Assembly (NCBI GenBank): GCA_964016885.1
Contig: OZ024741.1
Span: 377,766,001 to 377,830,000, forward strand
Direction: 5' to 3'
DNA length: 64,000 nucleotides
Source of the DNA: Eledone cirrhosa
Taxonomy: Eukaryota
The position numbers and the translations under genes are program-made. Numbering within the stretch: position 1 is the first letter of the stretch; each line of letters begins with the position of its first letter. Shown here piece by piece: positions 1 to 13,860 of the stretch. The notes below the pieces were generated by a model. The model was given only the letters and a program-made list of their open reading frames with translations, had not been told where the DNA came from and did not search any database.

Positions 1-3000
1 ACCTTCCCATCACTTCGGAGCTGGAGACCTCCCATAACCGGAATACTCCTAGTGTTGGCCCTCCATGCTCACCACCAAGAAATCCAAAGAAAAAGAGAGA
101 AAAATTGTCAAGGGAAGATAATAAAGAAGTCTTTGAGGCTTTCTACCATCAAATACATCGAATACAGAACAGACATATATCAACTGGAAAAAGAAACATC
201 CCGAAAACAGAGGCTATATTGACAGTAACAAACTAGCCAATATACGAAGAAATATTGTAAGAAAAAAGTTACTAACTGATATAGAAATTGATCAGATCAA
301 GCTATTAGCACAAAGTCAGCGAAGAGAAAATGAAATATGTGTCAGTGAAAACGAGGTAAACTGTAACACTTCGAACCCCAGGGTTGGGGCGGAATCACTG
401 GCAACAGAACAAATTAAAGAAAGGATCGAAAAAGTGGAGGGAGTGCATGCTCAGGATGAAACACCAAATGAAAATAATGAGATCGTAAATGATAAATAAA
501 TGAATGAGAATGAATTTGCCAACTTGAAGGATGAAATTATGATCGAATGGATGAAAATGAAAGAATCTGACATGGGGCAACGAGACACCCTCCCTAAGAT
601 CCAGAACTCCAAACAGAACCAAAAGATAATACACAAGACTAACATAATTCTCAAAAAAATTATCATCACAAACAAACTAAACATTACTGATTTAAATCAT
701 CTCTATTATGCATCGGCTAAAGTCACCACTCACTTATGTGGGGTGAAGATGAAAAAGCAAAGGAATTCCCACAAGAAATCTACTTGGCAAGAGAACATCA
801 ATCGCCAAATAAACCTTCTCCGATCTGACATAGAAATTTTAACAAACTATAAAGTAGGTGAACATGTTAAACAAACTAAACTTAGAAAATTGAAAAAAAA
901 GTACAGTATAAAATCAACATGTGACATAGGCATGCTGATAGAAATAATCAAGCAAAAAGTGTCGGCCAAAGCTGCTCGTATAAGGCGCTTTGAAAAACGA
1001 TCTAGATTCTATAAGGACAATAATATGTTCAAAAACAACCAAAGAAACTTCTACAGAAAAATTAGTAAGTCAACAATAACTGCTAAATCAATACCACCCA
1101 AGGTGGAAGTGCAAGAATTCTGGGAAAAGATCTGGGCCGAGGAAAAAGTTCATAACATACATGCCCCATGGATAGACAGACAAATGAAAGATACAGCTGA
1201 CCTTGAGGAACAAACATGGGAAAACATAACAGTTGAACAGTTGCGCTTGGCTCTAAGAAAAACCAGCAAATGGAAATCCCCAGGAAAAGACAAAATACAA
1301 AACTTTTGGATAAATGCCTTCACAGAGTCTCATGAGCTGTTAGCCCAACTTTACAATGAAAAAGTTAAGGAGCCAGAAAAGATACCTTCATGGCTAGTTA
1401 ACGGCATTACATTCCTGCTTCCGAAGAATGATGAGACAAACAATCCCAAAAATTACAGACCGATAACTTGCTTGACCACAATGTATAAAATTTTAACATC
1501 AGTCCTAACTGAATACACATATGACCACCTGATAACAAATGACCTATTTCCCATTGAGCAGAAAGGGTGTAAACGAGGCTCATTTGGCTGTACGGATCAG
1601 CTTCTGGTTAACAAAATGGTACTGGAAGATTGTCATAATAGACACAAAAATGTATCGATTGCTTGGATAGATTACAAAAAAGCATTTGATAGTTTGCCAC
1701 ACAGTTGGATTGAAAAATGTTTAGAGATTTTCAAAGTATCCCCCGTTGTCAGGAGGTTTTTTGTCATTCAGTATGAAGACATGGAAAACGACACTCCTTT
1801 TGAATAGTGAAACAAAATCACTGGAAGCTGGAGAAGTTAATATTAATTGTGGAATTGTTCAGGGTGAATCTTTATCACCGCTTTTATTCTGCATCGCACT
1901 TATACCATTAAGTAAAATGCTCAATGAAACAAAACATGGATATAAAGTCTATGACAAAACCATTAATCACCTGTTCTACATGGATGACCTGAAACTATTT
2001 GCAAAAAATGATGAACAATTGCAAGGGCTATTATCCACTGTGGAGCAGTTAAGTGATAACATTAAAATGGAGTTTGGACTAGATAAATGCGCCAAAGCAA
2101 CGTTCACCAGAGGAAAGCTGCTGAAGATTTCAGACATTAATCTTGATCGGGGGATCGTGATAAGAGAACTTGATCAAGAAAAAACTTACAAATATCTAGG
2201 TGTTTGTGAAGGAGACGGAATCAAGCACTCGACAATGAGGGAAAGGATAAGGAAGGAATGTTACCGCAGAGTAAGAGCAATCTTAAGAACGGAATTGAAT
2301 GCAAGGAATAGGATCGATGCCATAAACACGCTTGCCATACCAGTAGTAACCTACAGTTACACTGTCATCAACTGGTCAAGCACAGAGATCCGTAGGCTCG
2401 ATACAAAAATTCGAAAATTCTTAACCATGCACAGAATGCATCACCCTAAGGCAGATATAGATAGAATATATCTCCCTAGGAAAGAAGGAGGACATGGGTT
2501 AATCCAGTTAGACATTGCCTTGAAAACTGCAACAATTGGATTATCTACATATCTAAGGGAATCACATGATTGGATGATCAAACTCGTTTTGAAACACGAA
2601 AGCAACAAAAGATCATATTCCACTACAAAAGATGCACAAAGATACAGTAATGGACTACAAATTTCAGAAGTCCCATTTACTGCGGAAATGGAAAACACAG
2701 AAAAAGCAAAGCAGTTAAAAGTAACTGCAAAGAAAGAACTGCTACAGAAACTGGCTAAGAAATGGCAAGAAAAGCCTCTGTATGGAAAATACCCAGAGCG
2801 AGCTAACAATCCTGATGTTGACAAAACTTTAACCCATCAGTGGTTGGCATCTTCTGGACTGAAATCGGAGACTGAAGGACTGATTATATCAGCATAAGAT
2901 CAGTGTCTGCCAACAAAAAATTACCAAGCCAACATAATAAAAAATGGATGCAGCCAGAGACCATTGACCATATAATTTCAATGTGCAGTCCTATAGCTCC

Positions 3001-3673
3001 AACCGAATACCTAAACAGGCATGAGAGAGCTGCACAATACATACATTGGATAATGTGTAAGCATTTTGACCTGCCCCATCAAAAGAATTGGTGGGAGCAT
3101 CAACCACCTCCCATACTTGAAAAATATCACATCTCAATCTTATGGAACTTTAGCATCCAAACAGACCGAAAAATAGATGCAAATAGACCTGATATAATAT
3201 TGAAGGACTTTAAAAAGAGGGTATGCCTGCTAAATGATATGTCTGTTCCAATAGACAAGAATGTATCTATAAACATATTTGAAAAATTGAGCAAGTATAA
3301 GGACCTGGAGATAGTAATTGGAAAAATGTGGAAATTGAGAACTAAAACAATACCAGTGGTTGTAGGCGCTCTGGGAATGATACCTAAAGGGTCTAATCAT
3401 TACTTATCGCAGATCCCAGGAAACACGCGTATAGGAGAAATACAAAAGATAGTACTAATGGGAACTGCCCATTTACTAAGGAAGATTCTGTCAATATAAG
3501 TACATCACAAGTCTAAACACTAAAGATGCATGTGTGAGTATGTATGTTCTTCCTCGAACATGGCGGACCTTGATGTCTCTTGAGGTCACTGATTGTGACT
3601 TGGTGATAACTCGTATGAACATAAAGCAAGATAAATGCAACTGTAATCATAATAATAATAATAATAATAATAA
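1..3673 (+). mobile_element. R4/Dong-like non-LTR retrotransposon, family A (RT + restriction-like endonuclease), defective; 5' end lies before the window
   Basis: ORF pieces 500-1807, 1746-2897 and 2903-3499 carry [52 protein letters not shown] and the RLE motif NRPDII...KLSKY...VPVVVGALG; 3' UTR ends in (AAT)n at ~3645-3673. Confidence 0.9.
500..3499 (+). pseudogene. Disrupted RT/RLE polyprotein of family A
   Basis: Frameshift near 1760, stop at 2895-2897, and a deletion near 2950 removing part of the CCHC knuckle. Confidence 0.85.
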
Positions 3674-5582
3674 GGATGCCGAAAGAAGTCCCGTGGTACA
3701 AAGGACCAGTTACTTATTGATAAGATGGTAATGAGGAATTGCAAGAGGAGACACACTGGTCTTGCCATGGGATGGATAGACTACAAAAAGGCATTTGACA
3801 TGGTGCCTCATTCTTGGATCACCAAAATCCTGGAGATCTTCAGGGTCGCAGATAACATCAGACAGTTGTTGGGCAAAAGTATGAAGTCCTGCGAAACAGA
3901 GTTAACATCAGCTGGCGAATCCTTGGGAAACGTGAAGATCAAGAGAGGTATCTTCCAGGGAGATAGTCTGTCCCCTCCGTTGTTTGTCCTTGCCCAGATG
4001 CCCCTGACCAGTATACTGCGAAAAGTGAGAGCAGGATACAGGGCTTACCATCAATCACCTCCTCTTCATGGACGATCTTAAGCTCTTCGGGAAGAGTGAG
4101 AAGGAGTTGGATGTGCTTGTTGAAACTGTCCGTATTTTCAGCAATGATATAGGTATGCAATTTGGTATTAGTAAGTGTGGAGTCCTTGTGATGAAGAGGC
4201 GTAAATCGAACAGAAGTAACGGAATCCAGGTACCAACAGGTGAGATGATAACGGAAATTGTCACAGAAGAAGGATACAAGTATTTGGGTCTTCTGGAGGC
4301 TGATGACATCAAGTACAAAAAAGTGAAGGAATTGATAATAACTGAACAGTAGGAATGCCATAAGTGCAGTAAATTCCCGAGCTGTGTCTATTATTATGTA
4401 CAGTGCGGGAATTCTGAAATGGAATGTTGCTGAACAAAAAGAAATGGATAGGAAGACTAGGAAGCTATTGACTATCTACAACATGTTCCACAAGAGGAGT
4501 GATGTCGATAGACTCTACTTAAGGATATCTGAAGGTGGAAGAGGTCTTATCAGCATAGAGGACTGTGTTCAGATGGAGAAAAACAACCTACACAAATACG
4601 TGACTGATAGTAAGGAGCCAATGCTCAGAACTGTACTGAAGGAGAGGACAATAGACCAGGTGATGTCCAAGGAGGAAATAACCTCAAGGAGAAAGAGCAG
4701 CCTTCAGGAAAAATCCCTTTATAGTACCTTCTTTGAGAAAACTGAATTCAGAGATCCACAGACATGGAACTGGTTGAAAAGAGGAGACCTTAAAAAGGCT
4801 ACAGAAGGATTGTTAATGGCTGCGCAAGAGCAGGCCCTAATAACGTAGTGGTTGAAACAGCATATTTACAAGGAGGAGGCTAGCCCACTGTGCAGGATCT
4901 GTGGAGAGAGAGAGGAGACCGTGGCTCACATTGTATCCGAGTGTAAACACCTACCCCAGACTCACTATAAGGGCTGGAGTCATGATGTGATAGGCAGGGT
5001 GATCCACTGGCACCTATGCAAAGTAAACAATTTACCATATTCTGAGAAGTGGTATGAGCATAAGCCAGAGTCGGTGATAGAAAACGATTAGGTGAAGGTG
5101 CTGTGGGATTTTAGGATACAGACGGACAAGAAACTGGAACACAATAGACCTGACCTGGTAGTTGTGGACAAAGAAAAAAGATCGTGCCTGATTGTGGATG
5201 TGGCCTGCCCATTCGACACGAGAGTGCAAGAGAAGGAGATGGATAAAATTAACCGATACCAGGACATAAAGTGGGAAGTAAAAAGGATTTGAAACTGCCA
5301 TGAAGTCAAAGTGGTCCCGATTGTCATAGGCGCACATAGGTACTATCTCAAAAAGTTTCCAGGTATGCTTAAAGAAAATTGGCCCCTTCACGCTTTTTGG
5401 AACGCTTCAAAAGGCATGCTTGCTGGGAACAGCAACAACCCTCCGATACGTCCTGAATATCTGAGGCTGCAGGTAGTGGCTTGATATTCATTTCAAAAAA
5501 CTTTCCAGTTAACTAACATCAATGACTGAGACTCAAAGAATAAGAATAATAATAATAATAATAATAATGATAATAATAATAA
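3674..5582 (+). mobile_element. R4/Dong-like family B, 5'-truncated, inserted in the (AAT)n tail of family A
   Basis: Starts mid-RT ([14 protein letters not shown]) directly after (AAT)n; MDDLKLF, CRICGEREETVAHIVSEC, NRPDLVVVD; (AAT)n tail at ~5538-5582; several stops and deletions. Confidence 0.9.
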
Positions 5583-6185
5583 GGCAAGATACGCACATGG
5601 TGGATAGAGTGTTATAGAATAGCTCCCGTAATTTTTTGATTGTTTACATATTTAAAACAATTGTGATAGAATAATTCTTACTACAATTGGAACATAAGAT
5701 ATCAGTCTTAACTCTCGGGAAATTGCAACGCATCACATTAAGGCATAGGTGTCCAATATTTAATATTTAATGTTGTACCAGAAATGTTATAGTCAGAAAA
5801 GAAAATGGCTAGAAAACAACAGCCACATAACTTCACCACCAACACCACCCCCCGCCGCCACCACGATCACCGTCACCACTACCACAACAAATCTAGCCAA
5901 AATGCAAACCAGCACCATCCCTATAGTACTGCTATCCCATCACCACCGCCACCACTGCATCATCGCTACCACCACTATTCTGTCGCTACTTAAGAGAGGG
6001 ATGGTGGTAGTGCCGCTACACATGAAAAGAAGCGAGGAAGGTATCAACAGATATAAATAGACTGGGTTAGTTACTCGGTCAAAACAGCTAACAACAACAA
6101 CAACAACAACACCAAAATAATTATGTTGTTGTATCTCTAAACTCTTTCAAAATGTTTAGTTTAAACAATGTCAAATCTAAACTAT

Positions 6186-6285
6186 AATATAATAATAATA
6201 ATAGCTTCTGCTTTTGGCACGGGGCCAGCAATTGTCCCGGTGTGTTGCTGGAGCTTTGTGGTGTCGGCCACGTAAGGGTGAAAGG
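6186..6285 (-). mobile_element. 3' fragment of the tRNA-derived SINE
   Basis: Reverse complement reads cctttcacccttacg...aattgctggccccgtgccaaaagcagaagc(tat)n, matching the 3' half of the SINE at 51607-51788. Confidence 0.7.
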
Positions 6286-6607
6286 AAAAAAAAATAATGA
6301 AAACAACAAGTAAACAAATTATAGAACAGAACACAGACAGATTCAAACGCAACAACAAACACAAATTTCAAAAGTTTTGAACACAACAACCGATACTTCC
6401 CTTAGCAGTAGCAGCAACAACAACACCAGTAACCGATGTTACTGGCCTTGAAACACGAAAAACGCAAAGAAAAAAAACAAACAACCAAAAAAAATCTAAG
6501 TCAGACATTCAAACATTACAATGAAACTCATGTTTATTTTTTAAAATTGTTATCTATCTATTTGTTTATTTATTTATGTTCGTCTACAGCGTGATGGTGC
6601 CACGCTA

Positions 6608-6666
6608 AAATCACCGGGGGTGATGAAATCACTGGGGGTGATGAAATCACCGGTGGTTATGTAATC
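6608..6666. repeat. 18-bp tandem repeat x3, each unit self-complementary
   Basis: aaatcaccgggggtgatg / aaatcactgggggtgatg / aaatcaccggtggttatg. Confidence 0.8.
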
Positions 6667-6699
6667 ATATATTCACCAATCCTCGATATGAGTGTTTAA

Positions 6700-9600
6700 A
6701 TGTCGAATCTAAACAGTTCGGATAACGGTGAAGAGGAGATGGGAATGTTATGAGAAATACTCTCACTCAGCAAGTTCTCCCTGGCCCAGTAGCAGGAACC
6801 TGACGGTCATACAAGTACTGCTGGTGTTGGAGGAAGAAGAAGAAGGAAATGGACAAGAACCAACTGGACGAAAGAATTGAATAGAACTGTTATGCAATGT
6901 TACCTGAAGAGTAACCCCAAGGAAAATGGCTATAGGAAACGAATGCATAACATCTGGAATGAAATTGGTCTATTTAAATTAGATGAACACAAATTGGCCG
7001 GGCAAGCCCGGGTAATAAGAAGTAATGTTTGGATAAGCGAGTTGGAACTGGAGGAACTGAGAAGAGAGATTAGGTTGGAAATGGAGAGTGGAGTATGCCA
7101 GGCAAACAAGCCAGTGGGAAATGAAGGTGAAGAGGTTGAGAGACCGGAGGAAGCATCCGAAGCAGACAATGATCTGAATGCTGAAATAAATAATAACTGG
7201 AACAAAGATACGGCCATTGAGGAAATGAATGCTGACGGACTAGGACACGATTTGGTTTATATCCTAAACTTAGTGGTAGATGATGAACAATGATAGTGGG
7301 AAACCTATGAACCTAAGATTTGTAGACAGGAAAAAGTTAAAAGAAACAACAGCTTAGGTAAACAAAGTCATCCCATACCTTGAGGTGAGGAACCTTCACC
7401 AATGCAACAATATCCTCCGAGCAACAGCAAATGCGGTGAGCAAATTACTTGGCATAAAGACGAGAGGAAACAACAAACAAGAAAGATCAGAACTTTGGTG
7501 GAAGAAACGACTGAATGGTCAAATCAGGGAAATGAGAAATGACATTGGAAAGCTTGAGTCCCTACCGAATGGGACACTACAATATATAGACACTAAAAAT
7601 AGACTGGAAATAAAGTTCAAAACTAGGAGGAAAAAGCTAAATATTATCATAGAAGAACTGAAGCAACGCATTGTAGCAAATAGTGCACAGCTGAGGGGGT
7701 ATGAGGGCAGAGTCAGTCAGTATAGATACAACCACATGTGTGACAACAACCAGAAGATGTTTTTTGGGCAGCTTCAAGGGAAAGAAAGAGGCAACGACTT
7801 GATACCTGAGGCGGAACAGACTTAGACATTATTGAGAGGAATCTGGGGGCAGGATGTTGAACATAATGACCAGGCAGTGTGCTGGGAGACAGTACAAAAA
7901 GAGATTAGTGAACAAGCACACCAAGAAACTGATTTAAGTATCACAGTTGAAACTCTAAAAGGGCAGGCCAGAAAACTAACCAACCATAAATCACCAGGCC
8001 CAGATGGTGTGCAGGGGTATTGGATTAAAATATAATATCCCTCCACCTGAAACTGTCAACCAAGTTCAATGACTGCTTGATGTCGGGTGAGGTACCGGAG
8101 TGGTTGGCAAAAGTACCACAGTCCTGGTAATGAAAGACCGAATCAAAGGTAATGGTGTTACCAACTACAGACCTATCACATGTCTTTCTGTAATGTGGAA
8201 ACTGTTAACAAGCATTGTGTTTGAGGAAATCTACCATCACCTCCACACAAACAACCTGTTACCGGACGAACAGATATGATACCGAAAGGAGTCCCGTGGT
8301 ACAAAAGACCAGCTACTAATTGATAAGATGGTGATGAGGAATTGCAAGAGGAGACACAATGGTCTTGCTATGGGATGGATAGACTACAAAAAGGCATTCG
8401 ACACGGTACCTTATTCTTGGATAACCAAAAGGCCTAGAGATCTTCAAGGTGGCAGATAACATCAGACAGTTGTTGAGCAAAAGTATGAAGTCGTGGGAAA
8501 CAGAAATAACATCGGGTGGAGAATCCTTGGGAGGTGTGAAGATCAAGAGAGGTCTCTTCTAGGGAGATAATCTGTCCTCTCTGTTGTTTGTCCTTGCTCT
8601 GATACCCTCTGACCATTATCCTGCGAAAGGTGAGAGCAGGATGCAAGTTGGGAAAAGGATACCTTACCATAAACCACTTCCTCTTGATGGACGATCTTAA
8701 ACTCTTTGGGAAGAGTGAGAAGGGGGTGGATGTTCTTGTTGACACTGTCAGTATTTTCAGCGGTGATATATGTATGCAATTTGGTATTGATAAGTGTGGA
8801 TTCCTAGTGATGAAAAGGGGTAAATTGAGCAGAAGCAAAGGAATCCAGGTACCAACAGGTGAGATGATAAAGGAAATTGACACTGAAGAAGGATACAAAT
8901 ATTTAGGTGTTCTAGAGACAGATGACATCACGAACAAAAGAAATGAAGGAATTGATAAATCTGAGTACATAAGGAGAGAAAGGAGCGCATTACAATCACG
9001 TCTAAATAGTAGGAATGTCATAAGTGCAGTGAATTCCCGAGTTGTGTCTATAATTAGGTACAGTGCGGGAATTCTGAAATGGAATGATGCTGAACAAAAA
9101 GAAATGGATAGGAAGACTAGGAAGCTATTGACTATCTACAACATGTTCCACAAGAGGAGTGATGTCGATAGATTCTACTTAAATAGATCTCAAGGTGGAA
9201 GAGGTCTTATCAGCATAGATGATTGTGTTCAGATGGAGAAAAACAACCTGCAAAAATATGTGACCCACAGTAGGGAGCCAATGCTCAGAATTGTACTGAA
9301 GGAGAGAACAATAGACCAGGGGATATCCAAGGAGGAAATAACAACAAGGAGGAAGATCAGCCTTCATGAAAAATCCCTTCATAGTACCTTCTTTGAGAAA
9401 ACTGAATTCAGAGATCCACAGACATGGAACTGGTTGAAAAGAGGAGACCTTAAAAAGGCTACAGAAGGATTGTTAATGGCTGCGCAAGAGCAGGCCCTAA
9501 TAACGTAGTGGTTGAAACAGCATATTTACAAGGAGGAGGCTAGCCCACTGTGCAGGCTCTGTGGAGAGAGAGAGGAGACCGTGGCTCACATTGTATCCGA

Positions 9601-10232
9601 GTGTAAACACCTACGCCAGACTCACTATAAGGGCTGGAGACATGATGTGATAGGCAGGGTGATCCACTGGCACCTATGCAAAGTAAACAATTTACCACAT
9701 ACTGAGAAGTGGTATGAGCATAAGTCAGAGTCGGTGATAGAAAACGATTAGGTGAAGGTGCTGTGGGATTTTAGTATACAGACGGACATAAACTGGAACA
9801 CAATAGGCCTGACATGGTGGTTTTGGACAAGGAAAAAAGATCGAGCCTGATTGTGGATGGGGCATGCCCATTCCACACAAGAGTGCACGAGAAGGAGAGG
9901 GATAAAATTAACCGATACCAGGACATAAAGTGGGAGGTAAAAAGGAATTGGAACTGCCATGAAGTCAAAGTGGTCCCGATTGTCATAGGCGCAATAGGTT
10001 CTATCTCAAAATGTTTCCAGGGATGGCTAAAGAAGCTGGCCCCGCCACGCTTTTTGGAACGCTTCAAAAGGCATGCTTGCTGGGAACAGCCACAACCCTC
10101 CGATACGTCCTGAATATCTGAGGCTACAGGTAGTGGCTTGATATTCATTTCAACAAACTTTCAAGTTAACTAACATCAATAACTGAGACTCAATGAATAA
10201 TAATAATAATAATAATAATAACAATAATAATA
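6700..10232 (+). mobile_element. R4/Dong-like family B, near full length, degenerate
   Basis: N-terminal domain (NRTVMQCYLKSNPKENGYRKRMHNIW), KSPGPDG, RT (ORF 8630-9508, MDDLKLF), CCHC and RLE motifs; (AAT)n tail at ~10196-10232. Confidence 0.9.
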
Positions 10233-10493
10233 ATACTAATAATGCTTTCTTTATTAACCACAAGGCTCTACATAAAGTAGACATTAAGGACAGTACAGGA
10301 CAATGCAGTGCGGTACAAATGTGCATGTCTGCGTGTAAAAAACAAGAAAACGAGGATATAATAATAGAACAAATAAAAAATTCCCCAATAGGTGGGAGAC
10401 TTCCGAGGGACATTCGTGGAGAAAGCCCATTAAAAATCCACAGTGACCCTGACCACCAGGGCAAGTGCCCTCTCCCAGTGTTCCACCTTTAAG

Positions 10494-13400
10494 TTACAGA
10501 CACATACTCAGAATAGGCCCATTCACTCGGGTCATTCTTCCCTTTCTACCTTGATATTCCTTTTCAAATGAAATTTGAAAATGTTAATCAGGGCATAAGC
10601 GAAGAGGTAAGTGCTCGTCTTCAACCCTTTCAAACGTGTCAAGCATACTATCTCATTCGCAATGGCCACCACACAGATAAAAACTGCCTGCCCTTCCAGG
10701 CTAAAGAAAGAGGGCGGTGCAATCCTCACGATGGACTCAGCTGATAGCCGGTTCCGTCCTACACGCGACAGCAGGTGTTCGACATAAACCCACAAGTCAG
10801 CAATGCTCGGACACTGGACGAGTGCGTGCAGGACGGTTTTCGTCGCCCTGCGCGCATCTCGGACATGCCCGGCTGACGGCACCTCCATACCTGTAGAGTT
10901 TATCCCGAACTGGCAAAGCTCCTCGGTAGCACTGCCAGGCCAGGGATTTCTGGATGTCGTCCATAGGCACTGGCCCGACAGTTCTTCCGAAGAGATTGGC
11001 TAGTTGATTTTCGTCGACGCCTAGAGTTTCCCCAAGTACGTCGTCGCTCTTCCCCTCCACTAATCCTCTATAGAACGCCAAGGTGGAGGTTCCACCGATT
11101 ATATTGCCCTATTGGTCGAGGGCTGTGAGCGCCTGAAGAAATTCCAGTCTCCAAGCGCTGCCTCTCGGATTTCGCTTGACCCAGGAATGCAGCTCCGTCA
11201 AGTAGACGAGCTGGGGAAAGACGCGTCTAACAAACGGAGACCACACCTGATCACCGTCGAGGAAGAGTTGGAGATTTTGTAACCTGAGCGCGTTTCTGCG
11301 CATCATCAGCCACGACATTCCCAGCACTCCACTTAGCGGGTGTTGACAGCAAATGGACCGCCTGATCATCGGAGCGCGTCCCTTCCACAAAAAGCGAAAG
11401 AGCAAACGCTCCAGCGCAGTCAGGCGGGTCTTAGGATAAGGTACGATGGTCAGGCGGTAGAAGAAGACGGACGCGATATACACGTTATCCACCTCCGCTC
11501 GACCTTTCAGTGATAGCTTCCTCTCGGCCCATTTCTGGGTGAGAGAAGCCACCCTGCTCGTCACCTCGTCCCAGTTTTTGTCCGTCTGGAGATCCGGACC
11601 GAACAGGACCCCGAGCAATTCAACTGGTCCGTCCGTCCAGCGCCCGACGAGGCTGTTGGACGGCATGGACCTGCTTCTCCTGGTGGCGAGCTGCAGGCCC
11701 ACTGACTATTCCTGGTTTATCATTGCTCCTGTCACCGCTTCGTATTCTCTTAGTGTAGTGCCGATCGCCTCGATGTGTTTGGCGTTCGACACCACTACGG
11801 TGACATCCTCCACATATCCTGACACGGATCTTCCGCATCCTAGTTCGCACCGGACCCTGCTCAACGTCTCCAGTTTGTGCAGTAATGGCTCGAGAGTCAA
11901 TACGTACAAGAGGGACGAGAGGGGCCATCCTTGGATACCGATTGAATGATGTTGAACGGTTCCGAAAGGTGACCGTTCACTCTCACCACAGAGCAGATAT
12001 CGCTGTGCATGGCAGCGATTCAGCCTCTGAAGACGGGCCCAAAGCCAGCCGCCCTCAGGACTGCCGCTACGTAACGATGGTCGACCCTATTGAAAGCTTT
12101 CGAAATTGATCATGAACCCACCCGTGCCAGGTTCCCTAGCCACCCTCTCTACGATGTATCGCATGAGGTGGAGGTTGTCATGGATGGATCTGTCGGGAAT
12201 GACGCATGTCTGTGCCTCTCCCACCAGACCACCAACGACAAGCGCCAACCTCTTTGCTAGCACCTTGGCCAAAATCTTGAACTCTGTGTTTAGCAGAGTT
12301 ATGGGCCTAAAATTATCTATGGTATCCCCCTTGTTCGGATCCTTTCTCAGCAGCGCCACCGCTCCTCGGCTCACAGAGCTTGGAATTCTCCCGTTCTATT
12401 GCCAGTTGCAGTAGACGTCTGACAAGAGGCATCCGAACAAGTCTGGCATCTGTACGTAAAGCTCATAGGGCAGACCATCCAAACCGGGCGATTTACCCTT
12501 TGTGCAGCTAGTCATTGCCTCCAGTACTTCCTCGGCTGTTATCGGCTTTTCGCAACACTCCACCTCAGTGGCCGAGAGCCGAGGCAGTCCGTCGAAGTAG
12601 ACACTAAAGTCCATCCCTCGATCCGGCCCGCCGCTGCCCCCGAACAACTGAGCGAAGTGTCGCTGAAAAGCTTCACACATTTGCACGGGATTGAGTAGCA
12701 TGCGCCTGTGGTGTTCCACCAAACACCGGATCGTGGCTTGTTGCCATGACGCGCCTCAGCCACTCGGGCCCATTGAACGGCTTTCGTCCCCTCGTGTCTG
12801 AGAGCACGCACCCTAGCTCTGACAACACAGCCTTCGTGCTTTGCATTGAAGAATTGGTCAAGAGCCAATTTCGCCGCTAGTACGTCGGTCGCGATGACTT
12901 TGCTAAGCGCCGCGTTTAATTTTCTAACTAATTCTCCCTCTGCTCATTTTTCTCTATTGCTAAAGCCTTACTAAACCTAATGGACTCTATTCTAATCGCT
13001 CTTTTCAGAGCAAACCACCACTTGTTGTTGACGATGGCCTCCTTCAACGCCCGCTTAACTAGTTCGCTAATCCGGTCTCTGTAGGCCTTGCGCGCTTGTA
13101 AGGACGCGTTTAGCTTCCAGTAGCCGGGTCCTCGTCTATGAAGCCTATCTAAGTCAAGCACACAGATCACGAATGTGTGGTCCGTGTAGCTGACTATCTT
13201 GAATTGTGGACAGCCTATGCTAGACTTATCTATTTCTCTACAAACTACTCTATCTAGATATGATCTGCCACATTGGCACATTCGGGAAATCCAATCGGTA
13301 CCTGTCAGACAGTTCAAAATGCCTGAGCAGGTTGGTGACCCTCCTCCCCTATCCGCTAATCCCACACAGTCCCAGTGTGTATCTAAGATCCTGTTCCAGT

Positions 13401-13821
13401 CGCCCACTAACACTAAAGAGCGGGACGTTCCAAGAAAGGTCTCCAGACGCCGGAAGAAATCAGGCCGCCCTGCTCCTGTCGGGGCATAGACGGCGACGAG
13501 CCTGAAAGCTTGCTCGTCTCTGCTGGTCACGTCTAGCACCACCAACTTACCTTCTGGGTTCAGGAAGATGGCCCGTATGGCGAGATCCAAACCTCTCCGA
13601 AAAAGCACAGCAAATTCTCCCCCCGATCCCGGGCGGCTGGGAGATGCGTACACATCGTAGCCGCCGAAGATCGGTGCGAAGGCCCGTGCTTTGGAGATTC
13701 TGGTCTCGCTAATGGCCACTACATCTATGTTTAGTTACCTGAGTTCGTTGAGCAGGTGGCCCTGCTTCCATGACGAGACCAAGCCACGCGCATTTGTGCT
13801 GCTTATTCTGAGAGAGGTCAT
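10494..13821 (-). pseudogene. Tx1-like ORF2 (APE endonuclease + reverse transcriptase), multiply frameshifted
   Basis: ATG at 13821 (MTSLRISSTNARG), then ORF-track pieces 12928-13719, 12396-12722, 12087-12374, 11706-11909, 11109-11702 and 10532-11081. Confidence 0.85.
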
Positions 13822-13860
13822 GTTGAAATAGAGTGGAAAAGATGGGAAAGACCACTTACC

